The notes under the pieces: generated by a model
What the model was told of the DNA's origin: nothing
The model's input: only the letters and a program-made list of their open reading frames with translations
The model's database searches: none
From: a virus
Lineage: Duplodnaviria; Caudoviricetes
Direction: 5' to 3' (one strand)
DNA: 64,000 bases
IMG/VR virus record: IMGVR_UViG_3300032007_000009
Translations under genes and position numbers: made by a program
Part shown: positions 50,309-59,480 of the stretch, one piece after another
Layout: every line of letters begins with the position of its first letter
Position numbering within the stretch: the first letter of the stretch is position 1

Positions 50309-50559
50309 TGAAAACAAGACTATTAAAACAACTTCGTAAAGAATCTTGGAACAAATATGAAGTAAGAAAAAGTGATGCAATAAATTGTCAAGATAAACCT
50401 TGGCATATATATACAAGTCATAATACATGTTTAGCATATCATGAATATAAAACACGAGAAGAAGCAATAGAAGCAGTAAAATTACTTTGGCATGATGTAG
50501 CAGAAAAATATTTATGGGATCATCGAGACCAAAGAAAACGAAATAAATATCCTTGGTAA
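50308..50559 (+). CDS. Hypothetical protein
   Basis: ORF track. Confidence 0.55.
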   Translation: MKTRLLKQLRKESWNKYEVRKSDAINCQDKPWHIYTSHNTCLAYHEYKTREEAIEAVKLLWHDVAEKYLWDHRDQRKRNKYPW

Positions 50560-50933
50560 TTATGAAAGTTTGGTTGAATGATTTAAAAGAAGGTGATATA
50601 TTTTATTTTATTATAAGACATAATATATATAAATGTGAGCATCTCGGAGATGCTCATAATATAAATTATAAAATGCCACGTATAAAATATAAAATACTTG
50701 AAAATAATAATTTAGATTATTTAGGAGAACGTGAAACATTTGTAAATCAGTATGTATATGATGATTATACATCTGCTGTTGAAGGAATTATAGAAATTAT
50801 AAAAGAAGATATTTCATATGCTAATAATTCTATAGATAAATTTAGAAATGAAATTAATTATTATGAATTACAATTAAAAAATCTAAAAGAATTATTAGAT
50901 AAATATAATAAAATATATAAAAATACAAATTAA
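50553..50933 (+). CDS. Hypothetical protein
   Basis: ORF track; ATG 50562 likely. Confidence 0.55.
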   Translation: MVIMKVWLNDLKEGDIFYFIIRHNIYKCEHLGDAHNINYKMPRIKYKILENNNLDYLGERETFVNQYVYDDYTSAVEGIIEIIKEDISYANNSIDKFRNEINYYELQLKNLKELLDKYNKIYKNTN

Positions 50934-51020
50934 ATTCAATGGTTAATAAAGAAACTATGACTGCAGATATTTCAAAAATGTTTGAAGATTATGATAAAAA
51001 TACAATAACTACAGATCAGG

Positions 51021-51146
51021 ATGCAATATATAAGCAATAATGATGAATGGGTAGATTATCCTTATATTGGAATTGGTGAAAAACCTTATTCTAAAAATAA
51101 AAAGAAATTAACTGAAGAACAATTAGAACGTATTCTAGGAGGTTAA
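51021..51146 (+). CDS. Microprotein (41 aa) ending in LTEEQLERILGG
   Basis: Open frame between neighbouring small ORFs. Confidence 0.5.
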   Translation: MQYISNNDEWVDYPYIGIGEKPYSKNKKKLTEEQLERILGG

Positions 51147-51149
51147 TAT

Positions 51150-51311
51150 ATGAATTTAAAAGATTATGATATATTTGTAGATTTTGGTAACGGTGATAAA
51201 TTCTATTTAAAAGATTTTATCATTAATGAAGAAAATAAAAAAATAATATTTAAAGGATGTAAAGGTCAAATGACATGGGTTAAGATTGATGCTTTATATC
51301 CAGTAAAATAA
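51150..51311 (+). CDS. Microprotein (53 aa)
   Basis: MNLKDYDIFVDFGNGDKF...LYPVK. Confidence 0.55.
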   Translation: MNLKDYDIFVDFGNGDKFYLKDFIINEENKKIIFKGCKGQMTWVKIDALYPVK

Positions 51312-51330
51312 TTATATTAATTTAGACAAA

Positions 51331-51358
51331 ATGAAGGACATACTAGTATGTCCTTCAT
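51331..51358. terminator. Perfect 28-bp palindrome between convergent genes
   Basis: ATGAAGGACATACT/AGTATGTCCTTCAT. Confidence 0.75.
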
Positions 51359-51393
51359 GAATATGAAATGTAATGTAATAACTAAATAAATAA

Positions 51394-52356
51394 TTAATAA
51401 GTAAGCATAGCAATAACATAGTAGTTATTGCCCTTAGTGTAGTTGTGGATATCGCCATTATCAGTATCAACAACATATGCGTGCCATGTACTACTTTCTG
51501 TCGAGCTCCAATGTCGGTTATTAGCTAACGAATTAACACAATCAGTTGAATATATTGCAGAAATTTGTGTTAACTTAGTATTAATATCGTCACGTAAAGC
51601 AACTATCATACTCATTTCACCACCCGCACCAAGATACCAATCACCTGCATTTGTTCCTACAGTATGATAGCGAGCACAACAACAAGCAGCAGGAGTATAA
51701 CCTACATTTGAATTATTTGTTATTGATGTATCTGTCATCCATGTTGACTGTGATGTTGCAGTAGCAAGAATCTTATCTGTTTTGTTTTTACCATCTATAT
51801 CTGTTACTATATATTGATTTACTGTACCTAATGCAGATATATTCCATTCATTATTTGCATCGAATACAGAAGGAATTAAACTAGATGTTTGTGTTTGCTA
51901 TGGTGTAGTTAAATAACCAGAACCATATATATCCCATTGATATACTTTTCCTATGTTATCAATTGTAGACATATCAGTTCCATTATTACCCCAACCCATA
52001 CCTTGTGCTGTTAATGATCCCGTTTCTGGTGTTGTATAATTCATATATTTAAGTGACATAAAACGAGCAGGTTCATTCTCGCCAAAGAATCCAGTTCCTG
52101 CGACACAAAGTCCAATTGGAGTATAACCCAAGCTTGGATCTAATATAGTTGAGTCAACCTTCTTGTTTCCTGCAGCATTAGCATAAAGTATATCTAATAT
52201 ATTATATGATGGTGGTGCAATATATGTATTATAGTGTACTTCATTTTGCTGCTTACAAAATGATACAACATCTTTACCCTCTGTTTCCATAAAAATAGAA
52301 CTAACTAAATATGCTTCATATAAAGAATGTTTAGAAAAGCGTTTAAGATATTTCAT
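51394..52356 (-). pseudogene. CLec-fold receptor-binding-like gene (DGR-target-like) interrupted by one in-frame TAG at 51898-51900; pseudogene or readthrough
   Basis: Track ORFs 52356..51898 and 51738..51394 are in frame and joined by 53 open codons; C-terminus GDWYL...E...WSSTE...AY...K...YVIAM. Confidence 0.75.
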
Positions 52357-52443
52357 AATATTAATATTTCATAATATATATTTATTTAAAAATAAAACTT
52401 AAAAGTTCTATATTAAGAATAATATTTGACTTATTATGTATAT

Positions 52444-54300
52444 ATGAATATTAGCAAAAAAATAATTGAAATTAATGTTAAAGAATGGGTATCAAATAAA
52501 ATAGATACTGAATTTGAATTCAGAGAATATCAATTAGAAGCAATTGTAGATATAATTTATAATATTGTTAATAACGAAAATAAGAATATTGTTATTGAAG
52601 CACCTACAGGTTCAGGTAAATCTTTAATAAATATTATTTCTGCTGGTGTGTTATATGAATATTTTGGGTTAACATCATATATATTAGTTTCTGATTTATT
52701 TTTATGGGAGCAATATGATAAATTTATTCAGAATCATAAAAAGATGAATTTTGCTTCGATAAAAGGTCAAACAGGTAATTATACATGTTTATTAAATAAA
52801 GAAGATATTAGAAATGCTGATTGTAGAATGTCAGGTATTTCTTGGGCATCTATGTTTAAACCTGAAAATGTAAAAAAATTTGGATATGATTGTGCATATC
52901 GTTGCGAATATCTTAAAGCACGTAAAAAAGCAGTTAATTCAAACGTATGTTTAATGACATATCAGTTGTTTTTGTTTACTATGAATAATGCTTCGTTTAA
53001 TGAAGACATAAATGGCAATCAAATATTTAAAAATCACGATATAATATTTTGTGATGAATGCCATAATATACCTGGAATTGTTCAAAACCAATATTCTCCA
53101 TGTATAAAAGAAACTGATTTTGAAAAAATATATGATTTATATGATTATGCTTTCAATAGTCAATTAGATTTATTTGATGATACTTCAAAATATCAGATAG
53201 TAACTAAATTCAATAAAGAAACATTAAAGAATACTTTTGAACAAATTTGGAATGTATTTAAAGATCCTAATGTTTCTAAAAATGATGATTTATTAAATAT
53301 GAAAAAATATGAAAGTATCATCATTAACTTTTTAGATGTATGTACAAGTATTGAACAGAACATATCATATAGAAAAAAAACACATCAAGCGATATCTAAT
53401 GATGATATAAAGTTATTTAAGACATGTACATGGTTTCATAATTATATGTGTTTTTGGAGTGATTTCAATACTGCTATAAATGATGCTGGACCAGAGTATT
53501 TAATTAAAGATGTATCTATTATAAATGCAGATCAATCAACAAGTGTTTCTTTTAGATGTACAAAAGAAGACTTTATGGTTTATAGATATTTATTGACACG
53601 AGCAAAATATAAAGTGATGGTATCTGCTACAGTTGGTGGTAAAGAAGCATACAGTGAAAATATGGGATTTAGATACACAGAAGATAAAGATTCATTATTT
53701 CATGTAATACCATCAACATTTGATTTTACAAAATCTCCTATTCATTTTTTCAATAAATTCAAGATGTCTTTCAGAGAAAAGGAAACATCATTTAATTATT
53801 TAAAGACGGTTATATATTCTATTTGTAAAACAAAGTTTAATGATAAAAAAGGAATAATACAAACAGGCTCTTATGTATTTGCAAAACGATTATATGATGA
53901 AGCACCATTAGAAGTACAACAACGAATGCTACTTTATAATGGTTCTAAAGAAAAAACTACTTGTATTAAAATACATGAATTTTCTGAAAATACAATATTA
54001 GTTGGTCCAACGCTTAATGAAGGTATTGATTTACCTGGTGATGAATGTAGATTTATCATAATACTTAAAGTTCCATATCCTAATTTAACAGATACACTTG
54101 TTAAAGAAAAACTGAAGTTATTTCCGCATTGGTATAATTCTACGGCATCAAATGAAATCATACAAGGAATTGGACGTGGTGTTAGATTTAATGGAGATTG
54201 GTGTGTTTCATATATACTTGATGCATGTTTTTGGAAATTATATTTAGATACACAAGACCAGTATTCAGACGAATTTAAAAATAGATTGAATATAATATGA
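52444..54300 (+). CDS. DinG/XPD-family SF2 helicase
   Basis: Q-motif REYQ, APTGSGKS, FeS-type Cys, DECH, SAT, EGIDLPG, KVPYP, QGIGRGVR. Confidence 0.9.
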   Translation: MNISKKIIEINVKEWVSNKIDTEFEFREYQLEAIVDIIYNIVNNENKNIVIEAPTGSGKSLINIISAGVLYEYFGLTSYILVSDLFLWEQYDKFIQNHKKMNFASIKGQTGNYTCLLNKEDIRNADCRMSGISWASMFKPENVKKFGYDCAYRCEYLKARKKAVNSNVCLMTYQLFLFTMNNASFNEDINGNQIFKNHDIIFCDECHNIPGIVQNQYSPCIKETDFEKIYDLYDYAFNSQLDLFDDTSKYQIVTKFNKETLKNTFEQIWNVFKDPNVSKNDDLLNMKKYESIIINFLDVCTSIEQNISYRKKTHQAISNDDIKLFKTCTWFHNYMCFWSDFNTAINDAGPEYLIKDVSIINADQSTSVSFRCTKEDFMVYRYLLTRAKYKVMVSATVGGKEAYSENMGFRYTEDKDSLFHVIPSTFDFTKSPIHFFNKFKMSFREKETSFNYLKTVIYSICKTKFNDKKGIIQTGSYVFAKRLYDEAPLEVQQRMLLYNGSKEKTTCIKIHEFSENTILVGPTLNEGIDLPGDECRFIIILKVPYPNLTDTLVKEKLKLFPHWYNSTASNEIIQGIGRGVRFNGDWCVSYILDACFWKLYLDTQDQYSDEFKNRLNII

Positions 54301-54545
54301 CATTGATAATAATTAAAATTGTATTATTTATATTATTAATAAGAATAATTTTCTTGACGATTGGACATTTAGTTATTGTATTTTATAAAGATGCGACAAA
54401 AATGGCTGTTAAAGAAATAATAAAAGATCCTGAAGATTTTGTAAGATCTGAACATATATGTAAGTTTATGTATAATATGATTTGGTTCTATTTGTTTATC
54501 AAAATTCTTATAGGAGTATTTTCTAATCAAATAACAATTAATTAA
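54297..54545 (+). CDS. Small membrane protein (2 TM)
   Basis: Two hydrophobic segments. Confidence 0.55.
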   Translation: MTLIIIKIVLFILLIRIIFLTIGHLVIVFYKDATKMAVKEIIKDPEDFVRSEHICKFMYNMIWFYLFIKILIGVFSNQITIN

Positions 54546-54547
54546 CT

Positions 54548-55204
54548 ATGAATGAAAGTAAGACAATATTTTTTATATTAGATTCTTTTGAATTATATGA
54601 TTTTAAAAAATTATATAATAATTTAGATTATGTATGTTGTTATTCTTATATTGATACTGAATATGCAATTGATAATAAAATACTAAATATCGTAACATAT
54701 GATATTGGACATCTATCATTTGATTTAGAAACATTAGGATATAAAATATTTATTGGGTATAATGGTAAATATAAACATTTTACAGTTGGAATGTCTACTA
54801 CAAATGGTAAAGAACTTAGATTTGGGCATAATCTCAGAAAACTTTTGATTGCAGGAGCTTTAGATAATGATTTAGGAATTGAACGAAAAAAATTTTATTA
54901 TGATATGAATAAATCAACATCAGAATTATTAGCAGAACAATTAACAAAAGAAAAATTAGAAGATATATCATCTCTTCCCGAATATTACAAAGGCAAACAT
55001 CAATATGATCCAACACCAGAAGATTTTGAAATTATCAAAAAACTATTAAAAGGATTTAAAGAAAATGATGGATGTTCATATTATACTAATGATTTTGGAC
55101 AAATATTTGTAAAAACAAACTCTGCGTCATGGAAAGCATTAGCTGGTAGAGAATGGTTAATAGATAAAGATAAAATGACTTGTAAATTAATAGCAATGAA
55201 TTAA
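54548..55204 (+). CDS. Hypothetical protein
   Basis: ORF track. Confidence 0.6.
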   Translation: MNESKTIFFILDSFELYDFKKLYNNLDYVCCYSYIDTEYAIDNKILNIVTYDIGHLSFDLETLGYKIFIGYNGKYKHFTVGMSTTNGKELRFGHNLRKLLIAGALDNDLGIERKKFYYDMNKSTSELLAEQLTKEKLEDISSLPEYYKGKHQYDPTPEDFEIIKKLLKGFKENDGCSYYTNDFGQIFVKTNSASWKALAGREWLIDKDKMTCKLIAMN

Positions 55205-55206
55205 TT

Positions 55207-55662
55207 ATGTGGATTAAAGAATTAATTAAACAATTATTTTGTAAACATGAATATTATTTTGTTCGTAATATTTATGGAGACGAAATAAATTTGCATGGAG
55301 GATATCGTTCCGAATGGAAATGTAAGAAATGTGGTAAAATTGAATATCGAAAGTATTTACAAACAACTACAATACTTGATAAACTCGAAAAATTGTATGA
55401 TGAATATTATAAAAACAAATATGCTGAATGGTGTTCATTAAGATCTGAAACATTAAATCATATGCTTGAAGTAATGATAGATAATGCAAAGAATGGATTA
55501 TGTTATGCAGACTTTGTTTTATTCTGTGAAGAAAAACATAATGATAAAAATTATTATGAAAAATGGTTTGATGAAAACAAACTTAAATATGAAAGCAAAC
55601 TTTTAGGTAATGAAAAATGTGATGAATGTAATAAGTATGAATTTCACATTCGTTGGAGATAA
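55207..55662 (+). CDS. Zinc-ribbon (DUF1660-like N-terminus) protein
   Basis: LFCKHEY...CKKCGK. Confidence 0.55.
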   Translation: MWIKELIKQLFCKHEYYFVRNIYGDEINLHGGYRSEWKCKKCGKIEYRKYLQTTTILDKLEKLYDEYYKNKYAEWCSLRSETLNHMLEVMIDNAKNGLCYADFVLFCEEKHNDKNYYEKWFDENKLKYESKLLGNEKCDECNKYEFHIRWR

Positions 55663-55674
55663 AATTAAAATATT

Positions 55675-56058
55675 ATGAATAAAACAAATTATCATTTAAC
55701 ACAAGGTATTAGAATATATTCTATTGATTATTTAATTAATAATGAATTAACTGAAACAGATTTAGCACATCTTTTTGATACACCAAGTCTGAAATATTCA
55801 ATTATTATTGGTATGTTTAGATTTATTAATAGTAAAAAACGTAATAGTGATATTGTTAAACTAATTACAAAAAATAATAAATGGATATTCAATAATGAAT
55901 GGACTGAAGACCAATTCTTAACATTTGAAAATCAATTAGTACAATTATATAAAAATATTTATTACTATGGAGATAGAAAAGCTTTATCTATGGCTCAAAA
56001 CTTCATGATTATGTATGGGTTTAAAGTAAAAAATAATAACATTAATTTAGATAAATAA
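55675..56058 (+). CDS. Hypothetical protein
   Basis: ORF track. Confidence 0.55.
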   Translation: MNKTNYHLTQGIRIYSIDYLINNELTETDLAHLFDTPSLKYSIIIGMFRFINSKKRNSDIVKLITKNNKWIFNNEWTEDQFLTFENQLVQLYKNIYYYGDRKALSMAQNFMIMYGFKVKNNNINLDK

Positions 56059-56114
56059 TATGTAAAATATTTTTTATGATAAAACATATTAAAATTCATT
56101 CATAGATAGCATTT

Positions 56115-56202
56115 ATTCATCTTCTAAGCTTATAAAAATAGTTTTTAATATAATTTATAATATCACAAAAATAAACGTTTTTCATAAGCTTAGAAGATGA
56201 AT
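56115..56202. repeat. 19-bp perfect inverted repeat with 50-bp spacer
   Basis: ATTCATCTTCTAAGCTTAT (56115-56133) / ATAAGCTTAGAAGATGAAT (56184-56202). Confidence 0.85.
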
Positions 56203-56285
56203 TTTTTAATTAAATATTTTGTAATAAAAAAATAAATTTTACTATATTTAAATATTATATCCACAAAAATATAAATATATATAAC

Positions 56286-56921
56286 GTGGAAATTTTTATA
56301 GGAATTGATCCTTCATTAAATAGTACTGGATTATGTTTACAATTTTATGAAGACAATAAGTTTGTTAAAGATATGTATTATATTGTGAAACCTAATAAAT
56401 TAACTAAAAAAGAATTGGCAGCACAAGATAATATAATTAATTTTGATTATGCTTTATATGAAAAGATAGATCTTGATATGTATAAAGATAATAATTTATT
56501 TTCTGAATATTGGAAAACTATTAATATGATACGAATAGTTAAGACTATTAAAGAATGTATTAAAGATAATATTCAAGGAAGAAAAAATTATAAATTATAT
56601 ATAGTACAAGAAGGAATTAGTTATGGATCATCAATAAGAACAAAATCAGTATTTGATTTAGCAGGATTAAATTATATGATTCGTAATGAATTCATTGAAA
56701 AAGAAAATGTAGTATTATTTATTGCGCCTCCTACACATATAAAGAAATTTGCTACAGGTATAGGTAATTGTAAAAAAGAACAAGTTATAGAATTATTTAA
56801 GACAACACATAATGAGTTAACAGAAAAACTACCTAAAGTTGATGATATTGCTGATGCATATTATATGAGTCAATATGCGAGACATTTATATTTAGAAAAC
56901 AACAAAGAGGATAACGATTAA
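56286..56921 (+). CDS. ruvC: RuvC-like Holliday junction resolvase
   Basis: IGIDPSLNSTG, VQEG, PTHIKKFATG.G...K, DDIADA. Confidence 0.85.
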   Translation: MEIFIGIDPSLNSTGLCLQFYEDNKFVKDMYYIVKPNKLTKKELAAQDNIINFDYALYEKIDLDMYKDNNLFSEYWKTINMIRIVKTIKECIKDNIQGRKNYKLYIVQEGISYGSSIRTKSVFDLAGLNYMIRNEFIEKENVVLFIAPPTHIKKFATGIGNCKKEQVIELFKTTHNELTEKLPKVDDIADAYYMSQYARHLYLENNKEDND

Positions 56922-56932
56922 GTTATCCTCTT
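56905..56932. terminator. Bidirectional terminator
   Basis: AAGAGGATAAC-GATTAA-GTTATCCTCTT. Confidence 0.75.
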
Positions 56933-56952
56933 ATTTATTTATTTCAAATATA

Positions 56953-58227
56953 TTATTTCTTATTTTCTTCTAACATTCTTAAATCTTTTGCAACTTTATT
57001 GAGTAACATAAGTTTTACTGGATCATTTTTACATTGTTCTGCAAGCATAGCTATCTTTTTCTTACGAATTGAATATTGTGCTTCTTTATTTGCTTCAAGT
57101 TGTTCTTTAATTTGTTGTGCTTCTGGATCTAATTTCTTACAATCTTCATTAATTCTATCTTCAAACATTGATTTAAGATCTATACCTGAAACTTTAATAA
57201 CATCATTCAATGCTTCTGCCATATAATCATAGTTCTTTGTGAATGAACCAGAATGAACAGAATTAAATACTGTCAAATTAACATTATCTTTTCCTTCAAT
57301 AATTGCACATGTTGTACCATTCATTGAAGAAAGAATCTTACAATTATCTATTAAAACTATATTTTCAATATTTTCAAATACTGTTGCAATTGCAGAAGAA
57401 ACCTTCATTAATTGCATCTTTTCATTCATTGGTAATACTTTTGATAAATTGTTGCAATATTCAACAAATGCAATGTGATCTTCAAATTTTTCAGAAATGT
57501 TAGGAGCAGTGAATTCTAAAACATTTTCATTGATTTCAAAACGATATGTTCCACGTGCACCCTTATATTCATAATAAATATTTTCACCGTTACGTCCGAA
57601 ATTTTCTAACAATGTATTTACTTTATTAAATGTTTCATCTTCACATTCTTTAACCAATTCTACTTTACTTTCACCAATCTTAAATACTGAACCATAAGCT
57701 TTAAAGAATGATTCCTTAGCTTCATTAGTAAATACATAACTAATTGGATTAACTACAGTATAATTAGGAGTTTGAGCTTCTGTAATTTGAGTCTTGTAAA
57801 CTTCTTTGCAGATAGCACGGAATTCAGGAATGTACTGAATATTCTTTAAAGAACCTGCCTTAATGTAACTAATTACTTCAGCTTCATTCATTTCAAGAAG
57901 TTTTTCAACTTGTTGAACACCAAGTTTATTGATGTAATTGTAAGTTGAATTATTTGCAGAGATACTTTCACATGCAGACGCAAGTTTCCAAGATATGTTA
58001 TTTTCTTTAATAAACTTATTTACAGATTCTAAAATATTGGTTAAACCTGTATCAAAACCGTACTTAGATGCTTCTGCAACAAAGCCATTAACTAGTGAAC
58101 AAGATATAGGATTATTATAACAAAATCCTTTATATCTACTAAGCATTTCCTTACCTGCCTCTGTTATAGCCTCTGTCTTTGTAATAAGTTCGGCAAAGTT
58201 AAGGTTTGTCAATAATTTTTCGCTCAT
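56953..58227 (-). CDS. Putative head core/structural protein
   Basis: Likely start MSEKLL at 58227; TTATTTTTA upstream; several IxE sites (ITE, INE). Confidence 0.5.
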   Translation of the reverse strand: MSEKLLTNLNFAELITKTEAITEAGKEMLSRYKGFCYNNPISCSLVNGFVAEASKYGFDTGLTNILESVNKFIKENNISWKLASACESISANNSTYNYINKLGVQQVEKLLEMNEAEVISYIKAGSLKNIQYIPEFRAICKEVYKTQITEAQTPNYTVVNPISYVFTNEAKESFFKAYGSVFKIGESKVELVKECEDETFNKVNTLLENFGRNGENIYYEYKGARGTYRFEINENVLEFTAPNISEKFEDHIAFVEYCNNLSKVLPMNEKMQLMKVSSAIATVFENIENIVLIDNCKILSSMNGTTCAIIEGKDNVNLTVFNSVHSGSFTKNYDYMAEALNDVIKVSGIDLKSMFEDRINEDCKKLDPEAQQIKEQLEANKEAQYSIRKKKIAMLAEQCKNDPVKLMLLNKVAKDLRMLEENKK

Positions 58228-58349
58228 ACTTATATATTTGTTATATTTATAGATTTCTTTAATATAATTAAAAATAATTATTTCTAATATATATAAAAAT
58301 AAAATAAAATAAAAAATTATATACAATTTCTTATATTTTTTAAATTATC

Positions 58350-59042
58350 TTATTTAAATTCGTTTGGATCATCATAACCTAATTGAGATTCTGCTCTCTT
58401 CTTAAGTTCATCTTCATGTCCAAAATAGTTTTTTGCTAAAATTGGATAACAGTCATAATATTTAACATCATAATCATAATGGAAATCCATTCTAAACATA
58501 TTTACTTGTTGGTCAGTATTCTTTCCACGTTTTCCTTTAAAGTCAAATACTTCAAATGTATCAGGATTCCATCTATCATATATAATCAAATCACGTTCTT
58601 CTACATCATCAGGATCAATATCTTCTCCTTTACGTCCTTGAATATAATTATCTGATTCTTTATATGCTTTATATTGTTTTTCAATTTCAGTTAAATCAAA
58701 TTGCTTAATCCAATCTAAATTGATTTTTTGTTTTTCTAACTTATCATGATTACTTAAAAAGAAACCTCTAAATCCTTTTTCTGTTGATAAACCATATTTC
58801 TTATAAATTTGATATATCATTGATTTAGGCCAAGTTGATTTAGTTATAAATTTCTTAAATGTTGTACGTAATTCTGTTTGATTATCTAATGAAATTTTTT
58901 GGCCTTTCATATCTTCACAGAATCTTTTAATATTCATTAATACTTCAGATGCTTCAGAATCTTTAATATTAAAAACATTATTTAATGTAAGTCCTTCATT
59001 AAGTTGAAATGATTCTTTTATAAATTCTAAAATTGATTTCAT
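58350..59042 (-). CDS. Hypothetical protein with capsid-targeting-like N-terminus
   Basis: MKSILEFIKESFQLNE. Confidence 0.6.
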   Translation of the reverse strand: MKSILEFIKESFQLNEGLTLNNVFNIKDSEASEVLMNIKRFCEDMKGQKISLDNQTELRTTFKKFITKSTWPKSMIYQIYKKYGLSTEKGFRGFFLSNHDKLEKQKINLDWIKQFDLTEIEKQYKAYKESDNYIQGRKGEDIDPDDVEERDLIIYDRWNPDTFEVFDFKGKRGKNTDQQVNMFRMDFHYDYDVKYYDCYPILAKNYFGHEDELKKRAESQLGYDDPNEFK

Positions 59043-59072
59043 ATAATTTAGTATAATTTTATAAATAAAATA

Positions 59073-59468
59073 TTAATCTTTTTCTATCAAATTCCATATT
59101 ATATCAAAATCTTCTTTATTAAATATAGGGTAAAAAAATCTATTGATAAATATTCCTAATACATAAGATGAATTAGAATTATTTTTCTTAATATAATCAT
59201 TAAGGTATCCATCATATGTATTTACTTCATTTCCTTCAGAATTAATAGACTTCATAAATTTTGTTCTATACCAAGATAAATTTCCATTATCACTGATTAA
59301 GAACATTGGTTTTCTTGACCAATCATGTTTTTTATTATCCCACCCTTTAACACGTTTAATTATTGATCCCCAAATAGAATTATCATCTGTACTTAATGCA
59401 TTTAATATTTGAGTATCTATTTTATTATCTGATTTGTCTTCTTTAATTAATTCAGTTAAATTCTTCAT
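59073..59468 (-). CDS. Hypothetical protein with capsid-targeting-like N-terminus
   Basis: MKNLTELIKE. Confidence 0.6.
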   Translation of the reverse strand: MKNLTELIKEDKSDNKIDTQILNALSTDDNSIWGSIIKRVKGWDNKKHDWSRKPMFLISDNGNLSWYRTKFMKSINSEGNEVNTYDGYLNDYIKKNNSNSSYVLGIFINRFFYPIFNKEDFDIIWNLIEKD

Positions 59469-59480
59469 ATTTATTATTTA

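Noticed and set aside
58228-58326. Hydrophobic N-terminal extension of track ORF 56953..58326
   Set aside because: Translation of AT-rich intergenic/promoter DNA from a non-ATG start; ATG at 58227 is more plausible.
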